Source of the DNA: Trichoplax adhaerens
Lineage: Eukaryota; Animalia; Placozoa
Direction of reading: 5' to 3'
Assembly: GCF_000150275.1 (NCBI RefSeq)
Contig: NW_002060965.1
Location: forward strand, 372,001-436,000
DNA length: 64,000 nucleotides
Positions 51,546-64,000 of the stretch are shown one piece after another. Every line of letters starts with the position of its first letter. The stretch's first letter is position 1. The translations under genes were made by a program, and so were the position numbers. The notes below the pieces were generated by a model. It had not been told where the DNA came from, searched no databases, and was given only the letters and a program-made list of their open reading frames with translations.

Positions 51546-54500
51546 TGAGTTGATATACCTGAGGCACAGTTGAAAATCTTGTCACACTCCTGTAGTAGTC
51601 CGGAGTGATCGCTAATGTACTACTTTCTATGAATTAATTAATTAAAGGTCCGCAGTTGAAGAGCGTAGCAACTACCAACACCGTCCTAGTTTTTAGCTGG
51701 CTTGTTCCTTATTTAGCCACTTTTGATCGACCATCTGAATCGATAACGGCCTCAACGTCTTCGTTAGAGGTAATGAGAGTATAGTGTGATTGATACTATG
51801 GTAAGAGAAACATTTCCATGTTGATATCATTTGTTGCAGAATCGATATCATTGTCGAAAATCTCAAGACGTTCAGTCCTGGCTTGGCTACTTCTTTGGAT
51901 CGATATATCATCTATCAATAGCCCCCTGCTGCAACGAGGGCAGTTTTTGTAGAAAGTGGCCATCGTTGACGATTATTGATCATTGAAATTGCTATCCAAT
52001 AGACTGTAGTTGTATCTAACGATACGTTTGAAAAATTTAGCCTTCATTTTCTCTCTCTCTTCTATTCCTCCTTTGGTGGATGTGCTGTAGTACTACAGTA
52101 CTTGAAAGCATTACGATCTACCCGTAAAAAAAAATGATTTCTTTTCTTACTTGCCAACTTCAGCGTCAATCTTTGGATGACGTGAAATCGAATCATGTTT
52201 TCCAGGTTAGTTGATCGTATCAGTCTGTTATTGCATGCTCTATTTCAAACTTCAATACGGACTAGGTTGATGAAATGCCCTCCATTTCTCTCTCAAAATA
52301 GTTCATTCGGATTACTTTTTTGCATCACTGTCAATGACTTTCCCCTCTACAGTATACAGTTGTATACGATTCCACTTCACCACGTACTCTACGATGCTGA
52401 CTATGTATATATATATATATATATACAAGCACAACACACACACGTACTAATAGGTTGTACTGTAGACTATATTGCTCTCTCTCTTTCTTTGGACACGGTA
52501 GTATGAGTACATTGTCAACTTGTACGGTAAATCATTTTTTGGGGGGGGGATTTATTCTCTTCGACGGTGTTGTAGTTTCATTTTATTCCAATATGTCCTA
52601 AACTTGGACATCATAGCCAGTACAGTGCTACGATCGGCTTTAGATCAACCACTGTCCAACCCTCCTATGCAGTCCATTTTTTTCCCCCTTACTTGATTCT
52701 CTTGTAGCTTCCATCTACGCTAATGTCGTGCTTTTATTTGTTTGTTTCTGTTTGATGCCAAGGCAAATGGGCCACTGTGCTCTGTTTAGCAGTTCGATTC
52801 ATGGGCTACACACTATTGTACTGTACAGTAGACTGCGATACAAGTTGTCTGACTGGAGAAGAAGAAGAAGAATTGTTATTCATTAATGTTGTAGTCCAAT
52901 CGATCGCTGCGATGTTGTATTGGTAGTGACGTACTATCGACATTCTTCTTCTCCGTTGAAAATGTCCATTTTTCCCATCCAACTTCTTGTACTCTTGAAT
53001 ACTGATTTTAAAACTTGAACAAGGGACAGTGGTGATAGCAAATGTGAGTCATTTCTGACCCAATAGGAGCTGTACAATGTACATGATAACGTAACACCAG
53101 CATCACACATTTGGTGTTGTGTCACCGTTTGGAAAATTCAGGGATTATATCAACTTAATCTCTTGCTTTCGTCCTATAGTAGAAACAAGATTGACACGAT
53201 CAAAGCCAGCTCAATAGTTTTTTCTCTTGATGATTGTCATCGGAGGATCGCTACGCTATCTTAAAACGCTACTGCAGGAAACGCAAAATTGACTTATTAG
53301 TTACCATGATTATGCAGTAGAATTGAGAATCGGATGCATCAATATTGTATAATAAACACTGTAGTCCGTAAAGGACATGGAAAAAATTACTCTAATCACG
53401 TTTACATTAACTGAACCATTTGTACCACAGTCGTCGACGATCGAATGCAGCCATTACGGTCAAACCTGGATGATTTTTAAATAAATAATATTTTGCTATC
53501 AGTTATGCATATGCAACCGCACACGACTGTGCTCGTACCGAAAGAACCATCACTCGTTTTTAGTATAGTCTGTGTATTGATTTTGTACTATTTGCCATTT
53601 ATTTTCCTCATGTTGTTTCATAGCACAGTACTGTATATAAGTTGGATACGTCTGCGAAATATCAATAGCGTACAATATCGATCGAGTCGAGCGCATTAAA
53701 ATTGCCGATAATGTCCTACTGTATTGCCGGCCACCTTGAACGAAATGTTCTTATCGACATACATTTGTCATGGTGGTCTAGTTCACCACAGTACAGTACA
53801 TGAGAAATCATGTTGGTTGCTAGATGGAATCATAAATACGTAAGAAGTACATTTACACCTTGTAGTGAAGCATGAACAAAGATCACAATATAGTGTTGAA
53901 ATACCTCGAGGCTGCACATTGTATAGTCCAGGTCAACTGTACCAATACTGTAGTCCATTTTTTGACAAGCTGTAGATATTACCCTGCCTTAACTATGGGT
54001 GTAAACTAGCAAATAATAGCGCGATAGAACCGAATAACGCTGACAGTAGGAGCAATCCATCAGTCATTTCTCAAGGCATAAACAAGACTACTAAATTGTT
54101 CAATGTTGCCATCTCACCCATATATATGTACGTACAGGAGCAATTGGTTACTTCTGAGGCATGATAATATCGAATAAATAGCAAGCTTAACTTATGAGAT
54201 CATCATTTTGATTGTCACATTACATTTTAGTCAAGTAATTGATTACGACAACATCGATTCTACCAGATCTCGCACACTAACAGTGAAAAGAGATCACAGC
54301 ATTTCAATTGAAGATTTTTTTTTTTTTTCACGCCTATGCTACGCTGTAACTACAACACAGTTCAGGGATTTACAGTTGTAGTTATATTATTATTATAATT
54401 ATAATAATTATAATTGAACATTGTAACCTAGAATACGCCAAAACTGTATAATGTAGAGGGACATTGCATTATTGTCTACTACTAAACTAGGCAGAATCTG

Positions 54501-57441
54501 CATATTTGATCGCGTCATCTCCTAGTATAGAGAGGGTATAGAGGACAATGTAATTAAGCTATACAATGTGCCGTCCAGAACGAGAGTGACGTATAACTTC
54601 ACAACGACAGCCGACAGCATATCCAAGATAATGGTAGTAAATAAGGCAAAAATTGAATATTTAACGGCTGAGTATTTTAATGCCACAAGGTGTCTAATTG
54701 ATTATTGATAAGACGTCATCTTACTTACCTTGACCAAGGACTTTGAACCAAATAGTGCTTACAAGTCAATAAATTGATCTCTCCATCATCGTGTGATATG
54801 ATGAAGGATCTGCTTGTCAATGCGGTCTTGGACACATATGTATATTTTGTGGAACGAGGCTGTGAAAGTAAATCAGCAATGAAGCCTTAATCCACTGACT
54901 ATCAGCAACCTTATGATGATACAAGGCTACTTTGTTAGTCGTTACTGAAGTGCGAGAGTGATTTGTGCACAATTGATGCTTGTTGTAGCTCGAAATTTAG
55001 AACACACAAGCGCGCCGCCGTTAGTGGATGCAAATTGTCGAGCAATATTTTAATGATAGTCGCTAAGAATTTCCAAGCGACTTGATACGCGTAATGCCTG
55101 CCTTTTTGGAGGGGACTCATCATAGAATGGATGAAAAGAAACTTTTGAGGATTCTTACTTAGACTATCCTTATAAAACGGGTTACGGATCAAATTCGACC
55201 TTTTGTTGCTAGTATTTTTTTGTACCTCTGGTAAATTGACACTGGCCTGTGTCAATGAGTGAAGGTTCATAGCGAACAGTAGACAGTAGTCGATATTAAA
55301 TAAGCAAATTAGGATATGTACATTAGCTAATATAGTACTGTGCTCTGAAATAGTGTCAATAATTCTCACCTTACTAAAACTACGCCGTACTACCAAGGGT
55401 TGTAGTATATTATTCTCGCAGTTATTACAGGCTAGACTAGGGTATAAAATGAAGCGGTGATGCATAATTACAATTTGATATCATGGACAAATCTAATGAC
55501 CATATATTAGTCTACAGCACTGTACCATAAGAACTTGAACCCCCTTGAGGGTAAATTCACCAATATATATATATATAAATGTGACTATTAGACTAGCGAA
55601 ACTGAACTTTCCGCTGACTTTTGCCCTATTGCTACAACAATCATTCTCCATAACGTAGAATTCTTAATAGTGATTGCTTGTTGCTCTTCACTTCCAACCT
55701 ATAAACACAATGCACTACATTGCCATCGTGTCCTGTTTAAACGTTTATAATGTAGATATGCTGATTTACAGTACAATAGAATAATTTTATTGCCATATTT
55801 TTTTATCTATCAAGTTATCAGCCTATCGTAATGATCGTAATTATAATTAATTTTGGGGGCATCACCCCTTCTTATTGCTTGGCTGTTGTTTTGTTTCATG
55901 TGCCTTTTGTATGGACCGATGATTGCGTTCATTGCGTTGTTTGGCCTTTGTATGCGACAGCATCGCCGATTGGACACCGAAAATGATTGGGACGCAGTAA
56001 ATAGTCAACAACGTATTAAAGGTCAGTAATATTTGAATAAAAGTTAAAGTTATAATGCAGCGATGTCTTCATTTTTCATCTTGAAGTAGCTCTTGTCATC
56101 CAAATGAATAAATAAGCCGTTCCTTATTTAATTTTGTTCTTTAGTACGATCTCTCCATTCATGTTGTATTCGTCACTTTTTATGTTTGCTCTATTTTTAT
56201 TTTATTTTATTTAAATACAGTTATACATATACGTAACATAAGAATTGTTAAGGTACTAAACGTAGACTGTACAGTACTGTCCGCATGTAACGACGCCGTA
56301 GTGGTACCAATGATATCGTACAGTAATAACAGTCAGTCAGTGCCGATGTGATACGCGGATATCATCGATAGAGACATTACCCTGTTGAATATTTATTCTT
56401 AACCCAAATGATGTAAAACTGTAGAGTATTTATCCTTCAGTCAATATTGCGAGACTAATAATTTCAAAACGTACCAAAATAAGAACAGAATCAAGAAATG
56501 GGCAAATAGAAATTGTTTTTGTTGCTCAATGACTATCGACATCAGCACATTCATGGTGTAAAGATTTATGAACTATACGTATAGTAAATCATAATTTGTA
56601 TAAATCTTATTATGTAGCATACGGTATATTGTCTGCTAAATGGACTAAAAAGGGATTGACGATAAAAGTAGGATTATCTGATTGTACAGTATTGCTAAAC
56701 GTAGCTAAGAAAATTGTTTATCTATCGCGTGCACATAAATCATTGACTAACATTCTAAGTACGGCCAAGCTATTGTTCTGCTAGTAGTTGAAACTTATAA
56801 ACACGCAGTCAGTTTGCACTAAGTTGAGTAATATATTGGACAGTATTCCGTTAAAATCCGCCAACGAATGACCAATATTGTAGTACGTAATATAAACTGC
56901 ATCAACATACCAGCCGTAGGTTTATGAAAATAAAAATGGTCTACATATTATTATCCATCATACCTACTTTTACAATACAAGAACTATTACTATTTATTGA
57001 TGATCGCACTTGTACTTTATAATTGTAGCTATCAATAATATGTTCTAGTCCAAAATCCGTTCGTAAATCATTGCTGTATTTGTTACCGCGGCCAATACAT
57101 TATAAATAATTGTACTATGTAGAAATTTTATATACTTATTTACTGTATATGTACCATGTGTATGTACTGTATACATTCGTATGTATGTACTATATATTCA
57201 ATTAAGGAAGATAAACTTCTTATTGCTTACCTTCTCTCAGTGTATAAAATGCAAATTTATATTTGATAACGACCCTTAAACATTGTGTTTTTTTATTAAA
57301 TGAATACAATTTTATAACTGCACAAATTCCTACTTCTTTTGTTTAATTTATGAGATTAAGCATGAAATATATTAAAATGATACAAATTATTCAGAATGCA
57401 TTTTTACTTGTTCTAAAATATATTTTTATGCTACTTTATAG

Positions 57442-58784
57442 TGAACGGTAATGAAGATCAGGTTTCGCCTAATCCTCTCAATGCACTAGGGTCCAATTTT
57501 AGCAGTCCTACCATGCTTGATATAGGAAAAACGATAAGTATCTTACAGTCATTTGATCAGCCAGCTAGTAAACGATTTTGTGGGCCTCAATTATTACAGC
57601 AATCAATTAATAATAATTACGGTAGCAGTCATGGTAGGCATCGCAATGTTACCGAAAGTATCATATTACGACCTTACGCGTCATCGGTTTGGAAGTCACC
57701 GCGCTCAGCTAATGGATCTTCTTACAAAAGACGCTCAGCTAGAGCCAGTTCTTTGACTTGTAGCGAATACGATTATAACCAGGCAAATCGGTTAAGCCCG
57801 CCGCAATCACCAATCATAAGGCCAGCTTCAGAATCCCATGCTATGTTTTCCAGTACGGAGTGGAACCATTGCTCTACTAGCTCAAGTAATTCACAAGAAA
57901 ATGCCAATTCCGCAGATAAAGCGAATGACAATCCCTGTAGCCGTAATACCTACTTAAAGAGATTTACCGTTACTCGTTGCAAATCTCAACCGTGTTTTCC
58001 AACAGATGACAACAACGATAGTAAGAGACACCAATTAAAAAGGCAAAGAAGTGACGAAGGTCTACTAGTACGCCCGGCATTAGACTTTATGAAAATGAAA
58101 GAGGTAACCGCGTCAGATTTTCGTTATTTTAGGAAGGTTGATGTCTTGGTCTAGTTGTTACAAGAAATTATCGTTTAATTTAAAATTGAAATACTGAAAA
58201 TTATATTTGTATCAATCTATAACTTATACATTACATATGTAGCGATTAACTACTAGTGCAGTTTGTTAGTTTTCGTTTGTGTGATACTTAATTATTACTT
58301 TTATCGGTAATTCCGTAGACGGCATTCTATAACATTGAAGATCGCATAAAAAATTTAAATTTTTCTGGAAATCAGGTAAACGCATCAATTAATTACTTTG
58401 TAGTCGGACATACGTTTAAGTTATTGCGGCATGATATTAAGAATGTAACAAAGCCAATAGGGAACAATTCTCAAGTACGATGTATGTTGTGTACGATAGA
58501 GCCAGTCCCGATCAAGGACAGACGAGAATAATTTATTATTTAAGGATGGAAACAAGATGGGCGCAAAGGATGAAGGTAGTTGCCAATACAATACCGCTGA
58601 GAAAATTGGGCGAATGGCAGTGGACTATAAGATAAGCTGCTCAAATGCCCCTCGTGAAAGTGTGTCCTCTTGTCATGAATTCAATGATGGAAATGATGTT
58701 ACCAATTTTTATTCTGATGGGATAGATTCGGAAATTGACATAAAGGCTATAGAAAACGACTGCCTTGAGACTAGTGACTATTGA
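57442..58784 (+). CDS. FAM53: FAM53 family protein (5' exon(s) not securely located)
   Basis: Exons 57442-58103, 58319-58375 and 58545-58784 are in phase. FAM53 signatures: PASKRFC, RPYASSVWKSP, PQSPIIRPAS, RCKSQPC, KRQR...RPALDFMKM and C-terminal EIDIKAIEND (compare human FAM53A RCRSQPC, RPSLDFLKM, ELDLEQIENN). A candidate upstream phase-1 exon is 55919-56021 (AAG|GTCAGT). Confidence 0.85.
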
Positions 58785-60131
58785 TATTGTCTTAGTAAAT
58801 GATAATTTCTGTTTTACTGTCTGTTTATTATAAATCGATTTCAATGTTACCTATGATAAAAGCACCATACGTGAAACTTGGTTATGAAAATACTGTCGTA
58901 GGTTTTTAGTAAATGCATTTCAAGTATACAGTATCTTGGAAAGTATAGTTCTTAACTAAATAATCCAAAAATTGACATCAATATTATTATTATTATTAAT
59001 ATTATTATCGATAGTATCTGCACCATTTATATTTGACACTAAATTGAATAACGACCGCTGATGCGGTAACTACAGCATAAAATGATAGCTTTTTAGACAA
59101 TGTTATATATGTCAGTTTTTACTTTAATTTTGCAATTTTATCATATTCGTTACATTATATTAATTAGTTCTTTACATACTGTAAATCGCGTTACTGGCAA
59201 ATTTTTGCACTCTACAAATGTAAGATTGATAACTGCAACTACTTGTACATTAACTTTGACATTTGTAGCATTTTTTTTTCTTAATACATTGTTCATGGAA
59301 CTTGCAAATTATACTTACGTAATTTATAGGCCTGAGAATTAAAAGGCATCGGCACTTAGAATTCACTCTGGTGCCCGTAATAACCTTATAGAAAATTTAA
59401 GACTAAAACAAACACTTTTATCCGTAATAATCGTTTTTAATGTTATTAAGCGCGTTATTAATAAGATGAAAAGTTATTAAAGTACTCAAATATGAACAAA
59501 AAATTTGGTCATTTCGTTTGTTAGCTTCTGCTGAAGTCAGACTGGTTTTATCAGATTTAAGCCAAAATTGCGGTATAGTTTCTGAGGCTAATATTGGATG
59601 ACATACAATCTTTTGTTGCTTTGAATGACTGGAATCAATTCATGTAATTCAAATTATATTACTGAAGCATTACGCGTGCGACGTAGGGGAATTTTTAAAT
59701 TAATTAGACCATGGACTACTAGGTAATTCTAATAGTCCATAGTTATATACAATCCGTACTTACGATATCGATATTGTTATTGCGTAATGCGGGTAGGTAC
59801 GTACAGTAAATAACGCTCAACTATGTAGCTTGTGGGGTTACATATTAAATACAATTATATTTGCTAATTTTTGATTGTTTATACTTTGAATTTAAATAAC
59901 ATCCCTCAAGCTGAAGATTTATCTTTAACATTTTACCCATCCCCAAAATGCATGATTTAATTTAAAGATAGCTTTAATGTTATGCGATATGGTACAGAAA
60001 TTATCTCAACGGTAGGTTATGGGCTTTTACAGTGACATTAGCTATTACTGTTTTTGAAGGGATTTCTGTACTAGTCTACACAAAATTATAAGGGCTATTT
60101 ATTAACGACACGGCTGGAATAATAATATCGA

Positions 60132-60825
60132 CATTGTAATTAATTAATTCAAGAAGATTATCGATCTATATCAGCATATAATTGATCCAAATTGTATGCT
60201 CCTATTACTGTTAGACGTTGACTGATCGCTTAGCTGTTGTTCAAAGTTGAAATCATGAGGAACAGTAGAACATTACTAACCCAAGAATCTGTAAACGATT
60301 CTTGGAAAGCATTCTCTATTACATTTGCACTCGCCCTATGATATCTTAATACAGCAAGGCTAATGCTTCACTTCTTAAATTTGATATAAATAACGCACCT
60401 GTTTAAACAATGATAGCAGTACGGTATTAACTTTTCCTTTAGCACCCGTACAGCGTTTCCCCCCTTAAAAAAAATCCATTGTAATTAATTAATTCCAGAA
60501 GATTATCGATCTATATCGGCTTATCATTGATCCAAATTGTATGCTCCTATTACTGTTGGACGTTGACTGATCGCTTAACTGTTGTTCAAAGTTGGAATTA
60601 TAAGGAACAGTAGAACATTACCTACCAAAGAATCTGTGAACGATTCTTGGAAAGCATTCTCTATTACATTTGCACTCGCCCTATGATATCTTAATACAGC
60701 AAGACTAATGCTTCATTTCTCAAATTTGGTATAAATAACGCAACTGTTTAAACGATAATAGTAGTACGGTATTAACTTTTCCTTTAGTACCCGTACAGCG
60801 TTTCCCCCCTTTAAAAAAAATCCAT
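60132..60825. repeat. Recent tandem duplication, 345 bp x2
   Basis: cattgtaattaattaattc.agaagattatcgatc at 60132 and 60477; copies are nearly identical. Confidence 0.95.
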
Positions 60826-62149
60826 CTATCTATCAACAATAATTCTAATAGGTGATTCCATTTCTTAAAACGAGCAACGCCCCACATACGCGGTACTCGT
60901 CAATACTGTCAATAAAAGGAGAAATTAAAAGCATACGCGAACAGTGTGCTTACGCGTATAATTATCATTTGCACTATAGTGAGAAGCACAGCGTATTGGA
61001 AAGCTAATTATTGCTAGAACATCATCATTTTCATCGATGGCGTCTCTTATAATGGAAAAACGTATGTATATAAACTACTGGTAGATTGGCCATAAGCATT
61101 TGGAGAGTGTTCATTTTTTCCATTTTTTTCTATGTACTGTACATTACACCGTTACGTTGTTGTACGTACGACTCAGAACGTACGCGTACACAGCCAGCAC
61201 AATGTTTTGTAACTTTTTGTGATTCAAGTGCCGTATAAGTAAGTAGTAATCTAGTAGATGTTGTCACTTTTTCCTAGATGGGCAAAATTGATAATTTTAA
61301 GGCGTTTAGCTCTTCTGTCAGTCATTTGCTAACTATGTCCAGTTCAACGACTGTACTATAGGTCAATTTTTATAAGTGAAGAAAAGTATGCAAAAGATCG
61401 GTAGACTTCTAGTTAAGCAAACTTGAATCGTGCCTGTCTGTTTTTCATAAAGTTGTAATAATAAGGGATACGAGTATGAGTTTAACTAGTAATGTGTTGT
61501 TAAGTTGCGGTTATTCCAACAAATTTACCAGATGTTTTTACTACTACGTCAGCATCAATTCTACGTGAGCTATCCAAACAGTATCGTCGTGTAGTGTACC
61601 GCAGAATTTTTTTGTGCTAAGTCGCTCATTCCATACCGTCCAAAAATATCAGCGACTACTAAAAGAAATTTAGTATTCCCTGAAGAACATGATGCCAGCT
61701 CTTCAGTTTGTTGTCGCGCTGTACATAAACACATTTTATTCGACTACGGACGTTCGGATAGACTATAGTAGGCATCAAATGATGTTGTACGATATTCTCT
61801 TTAACATTTCATTTCGACGGACCGCTACCATCGTATCGGATCAGTTGGAAGGAGCGTTTTCTACACCAGTTGTGTAGTACTTGCCCTTGATTGATTGAAT
61901 TGCTAGGCCAGTTTCCATACGTCCGATGTCCTGGCACTGAGTTGTGACTTCATTATTGACATGTATAAAGTATTGTTTACTTATTGAATTATTATTGGAC
62001 ATTTAAATTGTCGCGGCAAATTTAAATTTAAATGGCCGACCGAAATTTTGGAGAAAAATATTTTCGCGTGGTTGTAGGACTGCTTGCAGCGCTTGACAAT
62101 AGGCGATCGATGGGTGGGTGTGGTTGAGCTTTTGTGGGCAGTATTACTG

Positions 62150-63940
62150 AGCCGGTACAGTACAGTGTACTGTACAGTACAATGGTACAATCGTACAGTA
62201 CAGTGATAGAGGATACAGTACTTTGCTGTCGAAGTGTAGACTATACTGTACGATACAGTACGGTTTAGTACTGCAGTTACTACTCGTTGCTACAGTGCAC
62301 TTGCAGGCCTTTGTTGCACTCATGACAGACTGAGACTGCTCTGATTGCTGACGTCCTTGCGGATTCGGATTTCACGGATATTCGCCATTCGGATAATAGG
62401 CAGTAGCCGCACTTGTAGCGTGGTAAAATCAATACAGTAAATGAATCAATCAATCAACGACCAGACTGGCGATGTAAGACAATCCATTGCAGACTGTGCA
62501 ATGCTATGATCTATCCTAATGACAACCATTCTCTTACTACCAGTGATATAGGGGAAGCCAACATTGACTTGAAATCCCAGTACGAGTATCGGTTGAGCAT
62601 CCATTTTGCATATGGCATGGTGTATTGGGCAACAATAGTATACCGTACCTGGAACTAGTGGCTAACGCAGTCAAGCTTGATAGAACTACCACTACAGTTA
62701 TACGCAACTACAGTACTCAACTAGATCAGGTAATCGATGACTGGACAGACGGAAACAGTTCTTCCTCTATAGTCTACTGTACATTTAGTTCAGTGAGTTG
62801 GATGCAATCTGTTGGGGGCTACAGTACTGTACAACTATACTGTACTGTACACTGTAATAAATTCACTACTCTACTGTAGAGTAGAGTAGTGAATTGCAGT
62901 ACTGTACTGTACAGTACAGCAACTGCATGCTAGAGTACTGTAGCATGTTCCATTCGGGTTTAGTAGTGTGCAGTACAGTATCATTTCAGTCATCGTGTAC
63001 AGTGTACAGTGTACAGTACAGTACTGTATACTGTAGTACTCTACTCAACTGTCATGCAACATCGTCCGTATATTGTACAGTGTACAGTACAGTACTGTTC
63101 GATGCAATCTGGTTTGTTACAGTACTTTTCACTGTAATAACCCAGTAATATAGTACTGTACAGTACAGTACAGTAGCGTGCAGTATTACAGTATTTCAGT
63201 CATAGTGTACTGTACAGTATACAGTACAGTACTCTACTAAACAGCCATGTAACATGGTGCTGTACAGTGTACAGTGTACAGTAGTCTCCGGCATCTTGTA
63301 ATTCTATTTTACTACCTACTGTACTGTACAGTACAGTACTGTACAGTATTAAAGCAGTTTCAGCAATGCTGTAGGTAGTAAAATAGAATTACAAGATGCC
63401 GGAGACTAGTGTACAGTACAGTACAGTACTGCTGGATGCAATCTGTTTGGGATTACAGTACTGTGCACTGTAATAAAACAGTCATACTGTACTGTACTGT
63501 ACTTCACTCTACCAAACTGTCATGTAACATGGTGCAGAACTGAACTGACCTGCAGTTGCGTACTGTACCATGTTCCATTACAGTTTAGTAGAGTACTGTA
63601 CACTGTACAGTAATGTTATTAGTTCAGTAATGCAGTACAGTACTGTACACTACTGTACAGTGTACAGTACCAACCGTCATACAGTGTACTGCACTGTGGA
63701 CTGTCATAAAAGAGTCATACTGTACAGTACAGCTTGCTACAGTACTGAACTGAACGAAGACTGTACAGTACAGTACTGTAAACGACCACAGTGGAATGTA
63801 CTGTATGGTTCAGTACTCAACTGCGGCGGTCAGCAATACTGCAGTTTTGCATCATGCTACAGTTGCGCAGTCGAGCCAACCTCGATGAGAATAGTGTGCT
63901 TGGTACTGCAGCGCTGGATTGATACTGTACTCTACTGACA
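62150..63940. repeat. Dense TA(CAG/CTG)TA island overlaid on an older tandem repeat
   Basis: Backbone motifs gatgcaatctg (62801, 63101, 63436) and ctctac..aac.g.catg.aacat (~63039, ~63232, ~63508) are separated by variable numbers of CAGTA/CTGTA units. Confidence 0.85.
63282..63408. mobile_element. MITE-like foldback element: 38 bp perfect inverted repeat with TA ends
   Basis: tagtctccggcatcttgtaattctattttactacctac (63282-63319) is the exact reverse complement of 63371-63408, with a 51 bp spacer. It is absent from the neighbouring paralogous repeat copy (~63059-63110). Confidence 0.65.
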
Positions 63941-64000
63941 TGGAGACGCTGTCCTATACTCAACTTATACCTGCTGTTTTTGCGCATGCGGTCGACATCA

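Noticed and set aside
54935-55465. 176 aa minus-strand ORF
   Set aside because: No recognisable domain or supporting exon structure; likely chance, though not excluded.
23600-57400. Homeobox gene expected from NK-paralogon synteny
   Set aside because: An eye search for WFQNRR-type codons on both strands found none; a formal tBLASTn is still needed.

Overview
AT-rich eukaryotic (animal) genomic DNA with short spliceosomal introns. Composition and gene structure resemble a compact early-branching metazoan genome such as a placozoan; this is inferred, not proven. The first 24 kb is gene-dense: an unrecognised micro-exon gene candidate (-), LHPP (+, 7 exons), RNF220 (-, 5 coding exons), B4GALT7 (+, 5 exons, one GC-AG intron) and a head-to-head pair of paralogous two-exon CARD + death-domain adaptor genes (RAIDD/CRADD-like architecture) separated by a 73-74 bp minisatellite with a 294 bp higher-order repeat. 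About 32 kb with no recognisable coding exons and many local tandem duplications follows, then a FAM53-family gene (+, 57.4-58.8 kb). The most striking unexplained signal is runs of TA-CAG-TA / TA-CTG-TA / TA-CAGTG-TA in mixed orientation, often near gene 5' ends. They match the known Tc1/mariner (Sleeping Beauty-type) excision footprint, and in two tandem duplications one copy differs from the other by exactly a 5-bp CAGTA/CTGTA insertion at a TA. All exon models and alignments were read by eye.
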